DNA from: an uncultured Acidobacteriota bacterium | GTDB taxonomy: Bacteria; Acidobacteriota; JAQAZP01 | Assembly: GCA_963836075.1 (NCBI GenBank) | Contig: CAWIIB010000009.1 | Coordinates: 2,432,001-2,496,000 of the forward strand | Direction of reading: 5' to 3' | DNA length: 64,000 nucleotides | Shown: positions 29,004 to 38,639 of the stretch, piece by piece | How the letters are laid out: each line of letters opens with the position of its first letter | How positions within the stretch are numbered: position 1 is the stretch's first letter | The notes under the pieces: generated by a model | Seen by the model: the letters and a program-made list of their open reading frames with translations, nothing else | Databases searched by the model: none | What the model was told of the DNA's origin: nothing | Made by a program: the position numbers and the translations under genes

Positions 29004-31082
29004 CTAGTTCTCGTCCTCCTGGGTGCAGAAATACTCGATGGTTTTCTGCGCACAGGTGGTGCAATAGCCCAGTTTGTCCAGCATGGTCCTGATCATCCGG
29101 TCGTAGAGTTTCTGGTTCTCCTCGTTGGTCCGGTTGGCCAGGGCGCCGATCAGGCTGCCCGCCCCGGCGATGTCCGACTTCAGCCGCACGTCGGTCACCG
29201 CCTTGACCAGCTCCAGGTTGTCCATGAAGTCGTAGTTCGGATCCACCGAGATCTTCTGGCCGTAGATCTTGCGGATCGAGGTGCGGAAGGTCTCCCGCGT
29301 CTCCTCGGTCTTCAGCCCCATCCGCTCCTCCACGCTGTTGATGAACCGCCCGTCCACCTTCAGCGCCTTCAGTTCGCCGGTCTGGGGATCCTTGTATTTC
29401 CATATCTTGTCCGGGCCGAGGTTTTCGGCGTCCACGCCGATGATCATGTTGACGTAGTTCATCACGTCCTTGCGGATGGCGTACGGCTCGTCCATGTAGG
29501 CGTTGAACATCTCGGTCATGATCCGTTCGCGGTAGAGCCCGCGGGCCGTCTTCAGGTCCTCGAGGTACTTGGCCCGGTTGTTGGCGTCCACCACGTAGTC
29601 GAGGGTCACCCGCTCCAGGGCGCCGAAGATATCGAAGGCGAACATGCAGCGGCCCTCGTTGGTCTCCGATGAGGCCAGCAGCAGCTGGATCGCCCGGCCG
29701 AGGTTCCGCTGACCCATGCCGGTCTGGCCGAAACGGCGGGTGATGTCCGGGTCCTGGTTGAGAATGTCCACCACCTCGGCCAGGGTCTTGATGCTCTTTT
29801 CCCCGGCCACCTCGCCGGCGGCCAGTTTCATCATCTCGATCGGGGTTAGCTTTTCCGCCCGCTGCAGGCGGGTGAGCACCGCCGCCACCGAGGCGGCGTA
29901 GTTGAGGTTGGGGTCCTGGTGCAGCTCTTCACTGCTCAGGGTGGTCTTTGCCTCACTGCCGATGGCGTAGCCGGTGAGGTCCTCCTGCAGCCGGTAGTTG
30001 GTATTGTGTGAGACGTAGCAGATCCGGCAGCGGTCGACGATGGGCGCCTCCTCCTTCTCGGCCAGGAAACGATTGAACTCCGAGTTGTTGCTGGTGGCGA
30101 TGATCAGCGTGTCGATGGGCCACTTGAAACCGTCGATCTCGATGTTGCGGTTCTGGATCACGCCGAGGTAGACCTGTACCAGGTCCTTCTTGTTCTTGAA
30201 GATCTCGTCGCTGAAGTGGATCCCGGCGCCGGCCACCCGGGCCAGGGCGCCCCGCCGCAGATCGAAACGGTAGGGGTTGTTGGTGTCGGTGATGTGCAGC
30301 AGCCGCTGGATCGATTCCTCGCCCAGCAGATCCACTGCCGAGGAAGTGATCTTGTCCTTGGCCGGATACTTGCCGGTGATCGTTCCCAGGCTTTCGGTGA
30401 GCGGCACCGGGACGATCTCAACATGGGAGAGCATCCGCTCCAGGTCCCCGTCGGTGGCGGTGCGCAGGTCGTTCCAGATATACCCGCTGCAGGCGCCCAG
30501 GGGGCGGTAGTTCTCGAAGGCCTGCTCCACGTGCTCGTCGCTCCACCCGTGGGCCGCGGCCAGATGTTCCCGGCTCTCGTCCCGGGTGTCGAAGAGGTTC
30601 ATCGCCAGGATCATCGGGTCCTCGTAGGTCTGGGACTCGATGGTGGTGATCCGGCCATAGCTGCCCAGGCGGTCAAGGCCGGTGAAGCGGAAGGTGAACT
30701 TGCGGTTCTGTTCCTGCCGCAGGAATTCGCGGTAGCAGGTGCAGAGATAGTCGACGAAGAACGTCTTGCCGTTGCCCGGCTCGCCCACCAGCACGAAGGC
30801 CATCTCCTTGGAGGAGCCTCCCTCGGCCGCGTCCTTGACGAAGGAGACGAAACTGTTGATCTCCTCGTAGAGGCCGATGAGATGTTTATCCCCGGCTCTG
30901 AAAATGTTGAAGTCGTAAGTGGTCTTCCCGTTGACCACCACCTTGCGCAGTTCACGCTCGAGGATCATGCGGGTCACACCCTGGAAAGCGTTCTCGAAGC
31001 GCAGACGGCCCTCTTTCACCGCCGCGAGATGGTCGCCCAGCGAACCGGTATTCGAATCCACGGTCTTTTTAGTGCCAGCCAT
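29004..31082 (-). CDS. prkA: PrkA-family AAA+ serine protein kinase
   Basis: Walker A GEPGNGKT, 'FSDEIFK', 'IDTLIIATSN', 'CAQKTIEYFC'; GGAGGTG RBS. Confidence 0.88.
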   Translation of the reverse strand: MAGTKKTVDSNTGSLGDHLAAVKEGRLRFENAFQGVTRMILERELRKVVVNGKTTYDFNIFRAGDKHLIGLYEEINSFVSFVKDAAEGGSSKEMAFVLVGEPGNGKTFFVDYLCTCYREFLRQEQNRKFTFRFTGLDRLGSYGRITTIESQTYEDPMILAMNLFDTRDESREHLAAAHGWSDEHVEQAFENYRPLGACSGYIWNDLRTATDGDLERMLSHVEIVPVPLTESLGTITGKYPAKDKITSSAVDLLGEESIQRLLHITDTNNPYRFDLRRGALARVAGAGIHFSDEIFKNKKDLVQVYLGVIQNRNIEIDGFKWPIDTLIIATSNNSEFNRFLAEKEEAPIVDRCRICYVSHNTNYRLQEDLTGYAIGSEAKTTLSSEELHQDPNLNYAASVAAVLTRLQRAEKLTPIEMMKLAAGEVAGEKSIKTLAEVVDILNQDPDITRRFGQTGMGQRNLGRAIQLLLASSETNEGRCMFAFDIFGALERVTLDYVVDANNRAKYLEDLKTARGLYRERIMTEMFNAYMDEPYAIRKDVMNYVNMIIGVDAENLGPDKIWKYKDPQTGELKALKVDGRFINSVEERMGLKTEETRETFRTSIRKIYGQKISVDPNYDFMDNLELVKAVTDVRLKSDIAGAGSLIGALANRTNEENQKLYDRMIRTMLDKLGYCTTCAQKTIEYFCTQEDEN

Positions 31083-31322
31083 CTGTTTCACCTCCCGGTT
31101 GACGGTCCCGTTGCGCCCGCTCCCCTCGTTTTCCCCGCTCCGGGCCAGATGCCGGAGATGGTGGTATGTTCACTAATTTTTGTCGTTCTTTGTTTTTTTC
31201 ATCGGCTCATCCGGTCGTCCGGTTGAGCGGTTTTCCGCGCGGTTGACGCCGTCCGGGGCACGGTCCGCATCTGGCGCTATGGTATGAGCCTGTCTGAAGG
31301 AATTATATCATGGAGCGAAGGA

Positions 31323-33182
31323 TCATTCACCGGTCCCGGGGTGGGAGGGGAATCCCGTGGGCTTGAGCCGCAGGATGTGACGGACGTGCAGTTCGGCGGC
31401 TAGCAGGGCTGTCCGTTGCGGGTCCGCCGGCCGGCCGGCGGCAGGGGCTGGGGTCGCTTCCCCGAGGGTCTTTCCGCCGGCCAGCAGCTTGAGCGCCTCG
31501 AAGCCGTCCCGGTCCAGCTCCATCCGTTCACCCTGGTATTCCACCATGGCCTGGCCCGTGGCCGGGTTGCGGGCCACACGGGATCCGGGGGTCTGGACCA
31601 GCCGGTGTTCCGGCCGGAACAGGCGGTGGATGGCAGCGGCAAAGCGGTGGTAGTCGGCCGGGGAGACCGCCCAGGGGTCACGGTGAAAGCTGAGTTTCGA
31701 CGCCAGGTAGAGGTGCAGCGACTCGTCGTGGGGCTGCACCGGCTCCCAGCGCTTGAGCAGCCCGGCGGCATGCTTCACCTCCGGGTAGCCGCCGGCCGGC
31801 AGGTCGATGATCCGCACGCCGAACCGTTCCGGCTGCCGGTAGACGTCACTGGCCGGCTCCAGCCGGAAGGTGTTGGCCAGCAGCCGCTGGGGCAGGCCCC
31901 GCGGGGGAACGCCCTGGTTGGCCAGTGCTTCGTCCACGTCGCGGAAGAAGGACGACTGTTCCATCACGTCCCGGGGCGTCTCCCCCGGGAAATTGACGAT
32001 GCACTGCACCCGCAGCGAGAGGCCGGCCAGCACGGCATCGACGATCACCTGCCGCATCTCCTCCGGTTCAGTCTGTTTCCCCATCAGCTGCAGCATCCGT
32101 CGGGAGCCGTGCTCGGCGCCGAGGAACAGCCGGCTGAACCCGGCGCGGTGCATCAGCTCCAGCAGCGGGCGGGGCAGCCTGGCCCCCTGGATGAAGGCGA
32201 AGGAGAAGGCGGCCTCGGGCAGCTGGTGGATGACCAGACGGCAGAACCGTTCCAGCCAGCGCGCGGAGAAGTTGACCAGGCTGTCGCAAACGTAGAAGAG
32301 CGATACGCCCCAGGTGTCGCGCAGCTGCTCCATCTCCTGCACCACCGACTCCGGGCTGCGGGAGCGGAACCGCCCCCAGAGTTTCTGTTCGGTGCAGAAG
32401 ACACAGCGGTTGACGCAGCCGCGGGAAAAGGAGATGGGCAGGCCCTCGAAGTCGCGCTGCAGGTAGTCGCTCAGCCGGCCGCCGGGCCAGGGGAAGCCGG
32501 TGTAGTCGGGGCGGGGGAGCTGGTCCGGGTCGGCCGGAGGCCGCGGGGTGCAGCTGATCCTGCCGTCACGGATCACCGCCGCCCCGGCAACCTCTTCGCC
32601 CGGGCCGGCGCCCACCAGCTCGGCCGCGGTCAGCTCACCCTCGCCCACCACGCAGACATCGGCCAGGCCGTTGCCCAGCAGCAGGGCCCGCACCTCTTCG
32701 TCGAACACCCCGGGGCCGCCGAAGACCAGCCGCACCTGCGGGTTCAGACGCCGCACGGCCCGGGCGGCCAGCATGGTGGGCCAGAGGTTGCTGACAAATG
32801 TGGAAAACCAGACCTCGGTGGCTCCACCGGCGAGAATCCGCTCCATGGCCGCCCCGGCCCAGCGGGCCGCCTGCTCCGCGTCCTCCCGCGCCCGGGGATC
32901 CCTGCGGCCCAACGCCTCCAGTCCCTCCCGGTTTTCGAACAGTGAGTGGAAGACCAGGTCGGCGTCGGTGCTGCCGAGGAAGTTAACCGTCTTCGGGTCG
33001 CCGCTCCAGGCGTGGTGGTGCAGCCGCTGGTAGAGTGAAAAATTACTGACGCTCAGCTCCAGGTCCAGGTCGTACGTCGCAACCTCGGCCCCGGCCTGCC
33101 GCAACGCGCCGTTGATGCAGGCCAGACCGAGAGGAACACTTTTGTTGGTGTAGGTGGGCAGGATGACCAGGGCGATAGGCAT
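31323..33182 (-). CDS. B12-binding-domain radical SAM protein with a C-terminal PqqD/RRE-like extension
   Basis: 'PLGLA', 'FGGPG', 'VGEGE', 'SRGCVNRCVFC'; C-terminal ~80 aa with beta-beta-beta then helical pattern. Confidence 0.88.
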   Translation of the reverse strand: MPIALVILPTYTNKSVPLGLACINGALRQAGAEVATYDLDLELSVSNFSLYQRLHHHAWSGDPKTVNFLGSTDADLVFHSLFENREGLEALGRRDPRAREDAEQAARWAGAAMERILAGGATEVWFSTFVSNLWPTMLAARAVRRLNPQVRLVFGGPGVFDEEVRALLLGNGLADVCVVGEGELTAAELVGAGPGEEVAGAAVIRDGRISCTPRPPADPDQLPRPDYTGFPWPGGRLSDYLQRDFEGLPISFSRGCVNRCVFCTEQKLWGRFRSRSPESVVQEMEQLRDTWGVSLFYVCDSLVNFSARWLERFCRLVIHQLPEAAFSFAFIQGARLPRPLLELMHRAGFSRLFLGAEHGSRRMLQLMGKQTEPEEMRQVIVDAVLAGLSLRVQCIVNFPGETPRDVMEQSSFFRDVDEALANQGVPPRGLPQRLLANTFRLEPASDVYRQPERFGVRIIDLPAGGYPEVKHAAGLLKRWEPVQPHDESLHLYLASKLSFHRDPWAVSPADYHRFAAAIHRLFRPEHRLVQTPGSRVARNPATGQAMVEYQGERMELDRDGFEALKLLAGGKTLGEATPAPAAGRPADPQRTALLAAELHVRHILRLKPTGFPSHPGTGE

Positions 33183-33261
33183 GGGGTAGTCTGCTCCTAT
33201 CCCCTGGCCGCGGTGAAGGCGGCGGCCTGGACCAGGTCTTTGGTTGTCATGCAGCGGATGG

Positions 33262-33747
33262 TCATTTGTGATACTTCTCGCCGCTGACGATGGTCGCCGC
33301 GCGGTAGAGCTGCTCCAGCAGCAGCACCCGGGCCAGCTCGTGGGGCAGGGTCAGCAGGGATAGTGACAGCTTGTCGTCGCAGCTGTCCAGCGTTTTGGAC
33401 GAATGCCCCACCGGGCCGCCGATGAGCAGGGCCAGCTTACCGTAGACCTCCAGCTGCTTCTCCAGGAATCGGGCCAGCCCCGGGCTGTCCAGCTGCCGCC
33501 CGCCGCCGTCGAGGGCGATGCGGCGCCCGGCTCCCTCACTGGCCTCCAGCAGCAGCCGGCCCTCCTTTTCGGCGGCCACGTCGTCGGGGTCACCGCGGCC
33601 CACAGAGTCCTTCACCTCCACCAGCCGGGCCGAGGTGTAACGGTTGAGCCGGCCCAGGTAGTCCTCCTGGGCCGCCTTCCAGTGGGCGGTCTTCAACTTG
33701 CCCACCGCCGCGATGAGGATCTGGCCGCCAAGTTTCTTCACTGTCAC
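33262..33747 (-). CDS. rlmH: 23S rRNA (pseudouridine1915-N3)-methyltransferase
   Basis: 'AVGKLK', 'IGGPVG', 'LSLSLLTLPHELARVLLLEQLYRA...YHK'. Confidence 0.95.
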   Translation of the reverse strand: MTVKKLGGQILIAAVGKLKTAHWKAAQEDYLGRLNRYTSARLVEVKDSVGRGDPDDVAAEKEGRLLLEASEGAGRRIALDGGGRQLDSPGLARFLEKQLEVYGKLALLIGGPVGHSSKTLDSCDDKLSLSLLTLPHELARVLLLEQLYRAATIVSGEKYHK

Positions 33748-34218
33748 TTCCCCTGCAGCATGCTTTCCGGCATCTGGACGCAGAGCACCTCACCCCGGGC
33801 GCAGACCTTGCCTTCTGCAGAGAGGGTGGAGCTGACCAGCACCTTGCGCCCCTTGACCCACTCAATCTTCCCCCGGATCTCCAGCACCACACCCAGGGGG
33901 GTGGGGCGGAGGTAGTCCACCTTCAGCATTGCCGTGACGTAGCGCAGCGGGGGCAGGCTGTCCATGGGACGGCCCTCCTCGCGGTAGCCCGCGGCGGCCG
34001 CGGTGCCGGTGGAGTGACAGTCGATGAGCGAGGCCACCATACCGCCGTAGACATACCCCGGTATGGCGGTGTGACTGCGGCCCGGGAGTGTGGCGGCAGA
34101 CCGTCTCCTCGCCGTCCCAGAAGCTCTTGATCCGGTGCCCCTTCTCGTTCAGCCGGCCGCAGCCGAAGCAGTGGGACACGTCCTCGGGGTAGTAATCCTG
34201 GAATGCTTTTTCGGTCAT
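33744..34218 (-). pseudogene. PaaI family thioesterase split by one frameshift near 34080 (mutation or sequencing error)
   Basis: N-part 'AFQDYYPEDVSHCFGCG' and C-part 'HTAIPGYVYGGMVASLIDCHSTG...YVTAMLKVDYLRPTP' lie in different frames. Confidence 0.8.
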
Positions 34219-36719
34219 TTTTTCTCCAGTATCTGGGCCAGCACCTCGTGGCGCGGGTTGATGGTCAATCGCTCGGGCTTCGCCGGCACCGGGAACTGGA
34301 ACCGCTTTGACGACTGGTCCAGGGGCAGCAGCACCTGGCTGACCCGCTCCTCACCGAAGTCGATCCAGACCGGGACCACCACCTTGAAATCGGCCGGCAC
34401 GTCGCTCTTCTCGATCTCGATCTGCAGGTCGTAGGTTCCTTGGGGATTCGGCGTTTCCGACACCTGCCAGCCCCAGGTGAGCGTGGGGGTGCCGCGGCCA
34501 AAGACCCACTGGTCGAAGAACCAGCCCCAGCTGGATCCGGTGACCCGTTCCACCGTGTTGATGAAATCGGCGGTGCCGGCCCGGCCCCCGGCGTGGGCCC
34601 GGTAGAAATCGCCGATGATATCGCGGAAGAGGTCCCGCCCCCCGCTGTCCGGGTTGTTGTCCAGCAGCTTGCGCAGCATGTGCAGCACCAGCACCCCGCG
34701 GCGCAGGTTGTAGGCCGAGTAGGCGTATGGCACCTCGGCCGGGCTGGATCGGAAGCCGAGGCCGATGGGCCCCATGTCCTTCAGGTGGCGGGGCTCCCAC
34801 CGGACCTTGATCAGCGGGCTGGGCAGCAGCACCACCTCGGTGTCGCTGAGCAGGCCGCGGGGCACCGGGCTGCGCACCCGGTCGAACTCCGGCATGACCA
34901 GCAGCGCCGACATACCCCGGGAAACCCCCTTCTGGGTGGGCACCATCTGGGCGTTGAAGGTCCTGATGATCTGCTCGTAATAGCCCCGGTGTTCGCCAAC
35001 CGCCTCGATGCAGAGCAGGGTGCTGAAATCCACCAGGGCGTCGGCCAGCCACTGGTCGCGGTAGTCGGGCCACTCCATGGTCCAGGACCAGAACTGCGCC
35101 GCGGCCTCCCGCCCCCGGAGCAGCTGGGAGAGCCCCGGGCTCTCGCGGTTGTAGGCCAGCACGTTGAGGTTGACGAAGCCGACGTAGGACTGACTGAAGC
35201 CGGTGACCCGGGCGGCCAGCAGGCGGTCCACCGGCGACTGGGCCTTCAGATACTCCTGGAGAAAGGCGACGCAGTCGAGGATGTCCCGGCCCACGTTGCG
35301 CCGGACGTCGTCGATGGTGATCCCGTCCACGGTGCCGAAGGAGTTCACCGGGGGCAGGCCGTCCCGTTCCACCAGGACCTCCTTGAAGCCCTTGCCGTAG
35401 GAAAAGCCCACAGCCTCGCACGGCTCGTCAATCAGCCAGACCGTCCGCGCCGGTTTCGCATCGGCCTCCTCGCTTTCCAGCCGGCCGCTGGCCCGGATCT
35501 GGATTTTTTTCGGGTGGGTCACGGTTATCCGGGCGGTGTGCTCGTCCCGCGGCCGGTCCGCCGGCCGGGGATACCAGTCGCGGCCCAGCACCTGGTTGCT
35601 GGTGCGGATGCTGTAGTCGATGGTGAGTTGCGTTTCTTCACCCGCCGCCAGCGGCTCCTCCAGCAGCACCACCAGCGACTCGTCGTAAATCGTCCTGTAG
35701 ATGATCACCGCCCGTTGGCCCAGATGATCGCGGATGAAGGGCAACGGCCGGCCGCCGGCGTCGCGAACGGCGTCCACCCTGGCCTGGGGCTCCAGCAGCA
35801 GCGGCACCGCCTGCATCCCCTCCACTTGCGGGACAAAGGTGATCGTGGCGCTGAACTCGGTCCAGGGCCACTGCCGTTTCTGGCCGTATCGATTTCCCTG
35901 AGCGACGCTGCCCTGGGCGATGTCGTGGGCCTCGCGGCCGCCGTGGTTCTCCAGGTCGGCCCTCAGCTCGGCGTGGGTGATGTCGATCAGCGGCTGCCGG
36001 TCACTGCCCCCTCCCGGGAGGTTGACCCAGACCTCGGGGTGGTCGTTGGTCACCCGGCAGAATTCCAGCCGGATCTCCTCCCGGTGAAACGGTTCGAACT
36101 CCCAGGTCAGCGGCCCGAACTCGCTGGTTTCCATCTCGGCAATGAGGTAGCGGTCGCCGGGGATCAGCCGCCCCGCGGCCACCCGGGCGTCCACGTCCCG
36201 GCGGGTGTTGCGGAGCCAGCGCTGGTGGCTCGCCTTCAGATCGTCGTTGTCTTCGAGCATGGCGCTCTTCAGCGGTGCGGGTAGCAGCGGGGCCAGGTCT
36301 TCGGCGCTGCGCAGGGTGAGAAGAGTAAAAACGAACTCGAGGGTTTCCAGCGGCTCGGTGCCGGAACGGAAGGCGAAGTTTTCGCGCTCCCGCGGGTCGG
36401 GCACCGGCAGGGTGAACCGCCCCTGGCCCCTGAAGACCATCCCGGTGAGCGCGCCGTCGGGCGCCGGGGCCATGACGAAGATCTCACCGCTCTCCAACAG
36501 CCAGGTCGCCCCGCCCCTTTGTAGGCGAAGCCCCTCCGGAGGCACCGGCAGCGGCGTGGCACCGGTCTGCCACTCCAGGCTCCGCTGGTACCAGTCGGCC
36601 CAGTCGGCACTGCTGCCGGCATTTGCCGGGGCCGCCAGGAGAGTGAAGAGCAGGCTGATAGCGAGCCAACGGAAGACCGGTGGACCCGTAAACGCTGAAC
36701 TGAGTCGGCGGTTTTCCAT
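34215..36719 (-). CDS. Secreted M1 aminopeptidase-like protein with a degenerate zinc site
   Basis: Signal peptide; M1-like C-terminal region 'RGVLVLHMLR...WGWFFDQWVFG'; HEXXH position reads 'REAAA'. Confidence 0.75.
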   Translation of the reverse strand: MENRRLSSAFTGPPVFRWLAISLLFTLLAAPANAGSSADWADWYQRSLEWQTGATPLPVPPEGLRLQRGGATWLLESGEIFVMAPAPDGALTGMVFRGQGRFTLPVPDPRERENFAFRSGTEPLETLEFVFTLLTLRSAEDLAPLLPAPLKSAMLEDNDDLKASHQRWLRNTRRDVDARVAAGRLIPGDRYLIAEMETSEFGPLTWEFEPFHREEIRLEFCRVTNDHPEVWVNLPGGGSDRQPLIDITHAELRADLENHGGREAHDIAQGSVAQGNRYGQKRQWPWTEFSATITFVPQVEGMQAVPLLLEPQARVDAVRDAGGRPLPFIRDHLGQRAVIIYRTIYDESLVVLLEEPLAAGEETQLTIDYSIRTSNQVLGRDWYPRPADRPRDEHTARITVTHPKKIQIRASGRLESEEADAKPARTVWLIDEPCEAVGFSYGKGFKEVLVERDGLPPVNSFGTVDGITIDDVRRNVGRDILDCVAFLQEYLKAQSPVDRLLAARVTGFSQSYVGFVNLNVLAYNRESPGLSQLLRGREAAAQFWSWTMEWPDYRDQWLADALVDFSTLLCIEAVGEHRGYYEQIIRTFNAQMVPTQKGVSRGMSALLVMPEFDRVRSPVPRGLLSDTEVVLLPSPLIKVRWEPRHLKDMGPIGLGFRSSPAEVPYAYSAYNLRRGVLVLHMLRKLLDNNPDSGGRDLFRDIIGDFYRAHAGGRAGTADFINTVERVTGSSWGWFFDQWVFGRGTPTLTWGWQVSETPNPQGTYDLQIEIEKSDVPADFKVVVPVWIDFGEERVSQVLLPLDQSSKRFQFPVPAKPERLTINPRHEVLAQILEKK

Positions 36720-36779
36720 CCGCTGCCTGCCCCCAGTGGTCGTCGGGATACGTCAAACAACGAGGTGAGAATGATTTAC

Positions 36780-36808
36780 AGTATTGCCCCGCGCATGGTT
36801 ATTGTCAA
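36780..36808 (-). promoter_or_regulatory. Candidate sigma70 promoter for the M1-like/thioesterase/rlmH operon
   Basis: Minus strand TTGACA-17 bp-AATACT. Confidence 0.55.
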
Positions 36809-36921
36809 ACATTTCGGGAGGAATTGCCTCAAAGGCTACCGCGAGGTCTTACGCCTGCCGGCGTCCGAAAGGAGCTACCGCCGCTAGCCGCACCACCCTG
36901 TCCCGTACCATTCGAGGGTTC

Positions 36922-38639
36922 ATGTCACGCAAGGCGCTGGTGCGTGTTCTGATTCCCGCGTTTCCGATCCGTCAACCGCGGTTGACACGACCCCGTCGCT
37001 ACCTTTCGTTTGCTGACCAGCCTGGCCCCCGGCCCCGATCTTGCTCCTCCCGGTCTGCATGGGCCAGGAGACGAAGGGCATCTACCGGCCCCGGCGGCCG
37101 GAGCGGACCGACCTGCACCTGGCGGTCCGCGAGAACCTCGAGCTGTTCCTCGAGACTTACGACGAGCGGTTTCTCGACCGGCACGGCCCGCTGACCGATC
37201 GGGCCCGCCGCACGCTCGAAGAGTATCTTCGCTGCGGGATCCTCGCCGCCGGGTTCGCCCGGGTCCGTTGCGGGGACTGCGGCCATGAACAGCTGGTGGC
37301 CTTCTCCTGCCAGCTCCGCGGCGTCTGTCCCTCATGCCAGCAGAAGCGGGCCGAGATCCTCTGCCGTTTCGTCATCGACGAGGTGATCGAGCCGGTGGGG
37401 CACCGCCAGCTGGTCTTCGTCCTGCCCAGACACCTGCGCCGGCCGTTCTACCGCGACCGCCGGATGCTCACCGGCCTCTGCCGCTCTGCCGTGGAGGCGA
37501 CCCACGCTTTCTACCGCACCGGCCTGGGCCGGGACGATCTGAGAGTGGGGATGGTGGTGGTTCCCCAGCGGTTCGGTGACCGGGTCAACCCGCACATCCA
37601 CCTGCACGCCATGGCCACCGACGGCGCCTTCGACGCCGAGGGGGTCTTCCACCCGATGCCCTTCGACATGCAGGGGGACATCGAGGTGCTGGAGCGGCTG
37701 TTCTCCCGGCGGGTGCTCGACCTGATGGTGCGGCGCAAGCGGCTGAGCGTTCGACTGCGCGACGAGATGCTGAGCTGGGAGCACAGCGGCTTCTCGGTGG
37801 ACGGCTCGGTCAGGGTGGCGGTGGGGGACTACGGGCGCCTCAGGCGGCTGGTGCGCTACCTGGCGCGGCCGGCGGTGTCGGCGGAGCGGGTGTTCTACGA
37901 CCGGTCGAGCGGCACGGTCACCGTTCGGAGCTCGAAGAAGGTGCAGGGCGTCCGCCCGGTGGTGGCGCGATACGACGCGCTGACCTTTTTGTCGCTGCTG
38001 GCGCTGCAGGTGCCGCCGCCCGGGGTGCACATGGTGCGCTACTACGGCCACTACTCGGTGCGGAGCCGGGCGGAGCGGAGGAAGAGGGCTCGGGAGGGGA
38101 CGGCCGGGATTCGCAGCGAAACGCCGCCGCCGGCGAGCGAGCGGCGGCGGAGGTGGGCGGAGCTGATCCGCCTGGTGTTCGAGGCGGACCCCCTGCGCTG
38201 CGACACGTGCGGGGGCGTGATGAAGGTCGTCTCGTTCATCTCGACGGCGCAGTCCGGGGTGATCCGCCGCATCCTCGAGCACCTGGGGGTGAGCACGGTG
38301 GTCCCCCGGGCCCACGGTCCGCCGGGGTGGGCCGTGAAAAGCGAACGGCGGGTTCAAGGCGTGTTGCTCCGGGCCGAGGAGGACTTTTCGCAGGCGCCAC
38401 CCGATTGGGACGAGTGGGAGCCGGCTTGAGGCCCGGGGCCGGAACCGTGCCCGACGGCGAAGTGCGCCCGATTTCAGCCTTTGATGCCTATCGGTCAGCG
38501 AATTGTGGGGCAAACCACTACCCACTCGGCAGCAACGGCCCTGCACGCCCCTTCGATCCCCTTGAATCCGGGATCGAGTGCCGTTGCGGGCGGCCCGAGG
38601 AAGCACATAGCTTGACTGAGAAAAAGCTTTTCACTATAC
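36922..38639 (+). mobile_element. IS91/ISCR-family rolling-circle insertion sequence, copy 1
   Basis: Block 36920-38641 is repeated at 45579-47300; ori-like right end ...cttttcactatac; no terminal inverted repeats. Confidence 0.93.
37059..38429 (+). CDS. IS91-family HUH (Y2-type) transposase
   Basis: Zn-binding 'CGDCGH...FSCQLRGVCPSC', HUH 'PHIHLH', 'HSGFSVD', 'RYLARP', 'VRYYG', C-terminal CxxC. Confidence 0.93.
   Translation: MGQETKGIYRPRRPERTDLHLAVRENLELFLETYDERFLDRHGPLTDRARRTLEEYLRCGILAAGFARVRCGDCGHEQLVAFSCQLRGVCPSCQQKRAEILCRFVIDEVIEPVGHRQLVFVLPRHLRRPFYRDRRMLTGLCRSAVEATHAFYRTGLGRDDLRVGMVVVPQRFGDRVNPHIHLHAMATDGAFDAEGVFHPMPFDMQGDIEVLERLFSRRVLDLMVRRKRLSVRLRDEMLSWEHSGFSVDGSVRVAVGDYGRLRRLVRYLARPAVSAERVFYDRSSGTVTVRSSKKVQGVRPVVARYDALTFLSLLALQVPPPGVHMVRYYGHYSVRSRAERRKRAREGTAGIRSETPPPASERRRRWAELIRLVFEADPLRCDTCGGVMKVVSFISTAQSGVIRRILEHLGVSTVVPRAHGPPGWAVKSERRVQGVLLRAEEDFSQAPPDWDEWEPA

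Noticed and set aside
36830-36921. Possible structured RNA (6S/SRP-like; ggcgtccgaaaggagctaccgcc)
   Set aside because: No full match to the SRP or 6S consensus that I can support; it could equally be a short minus-strand ORF tail. An Rfam scan would settle it.
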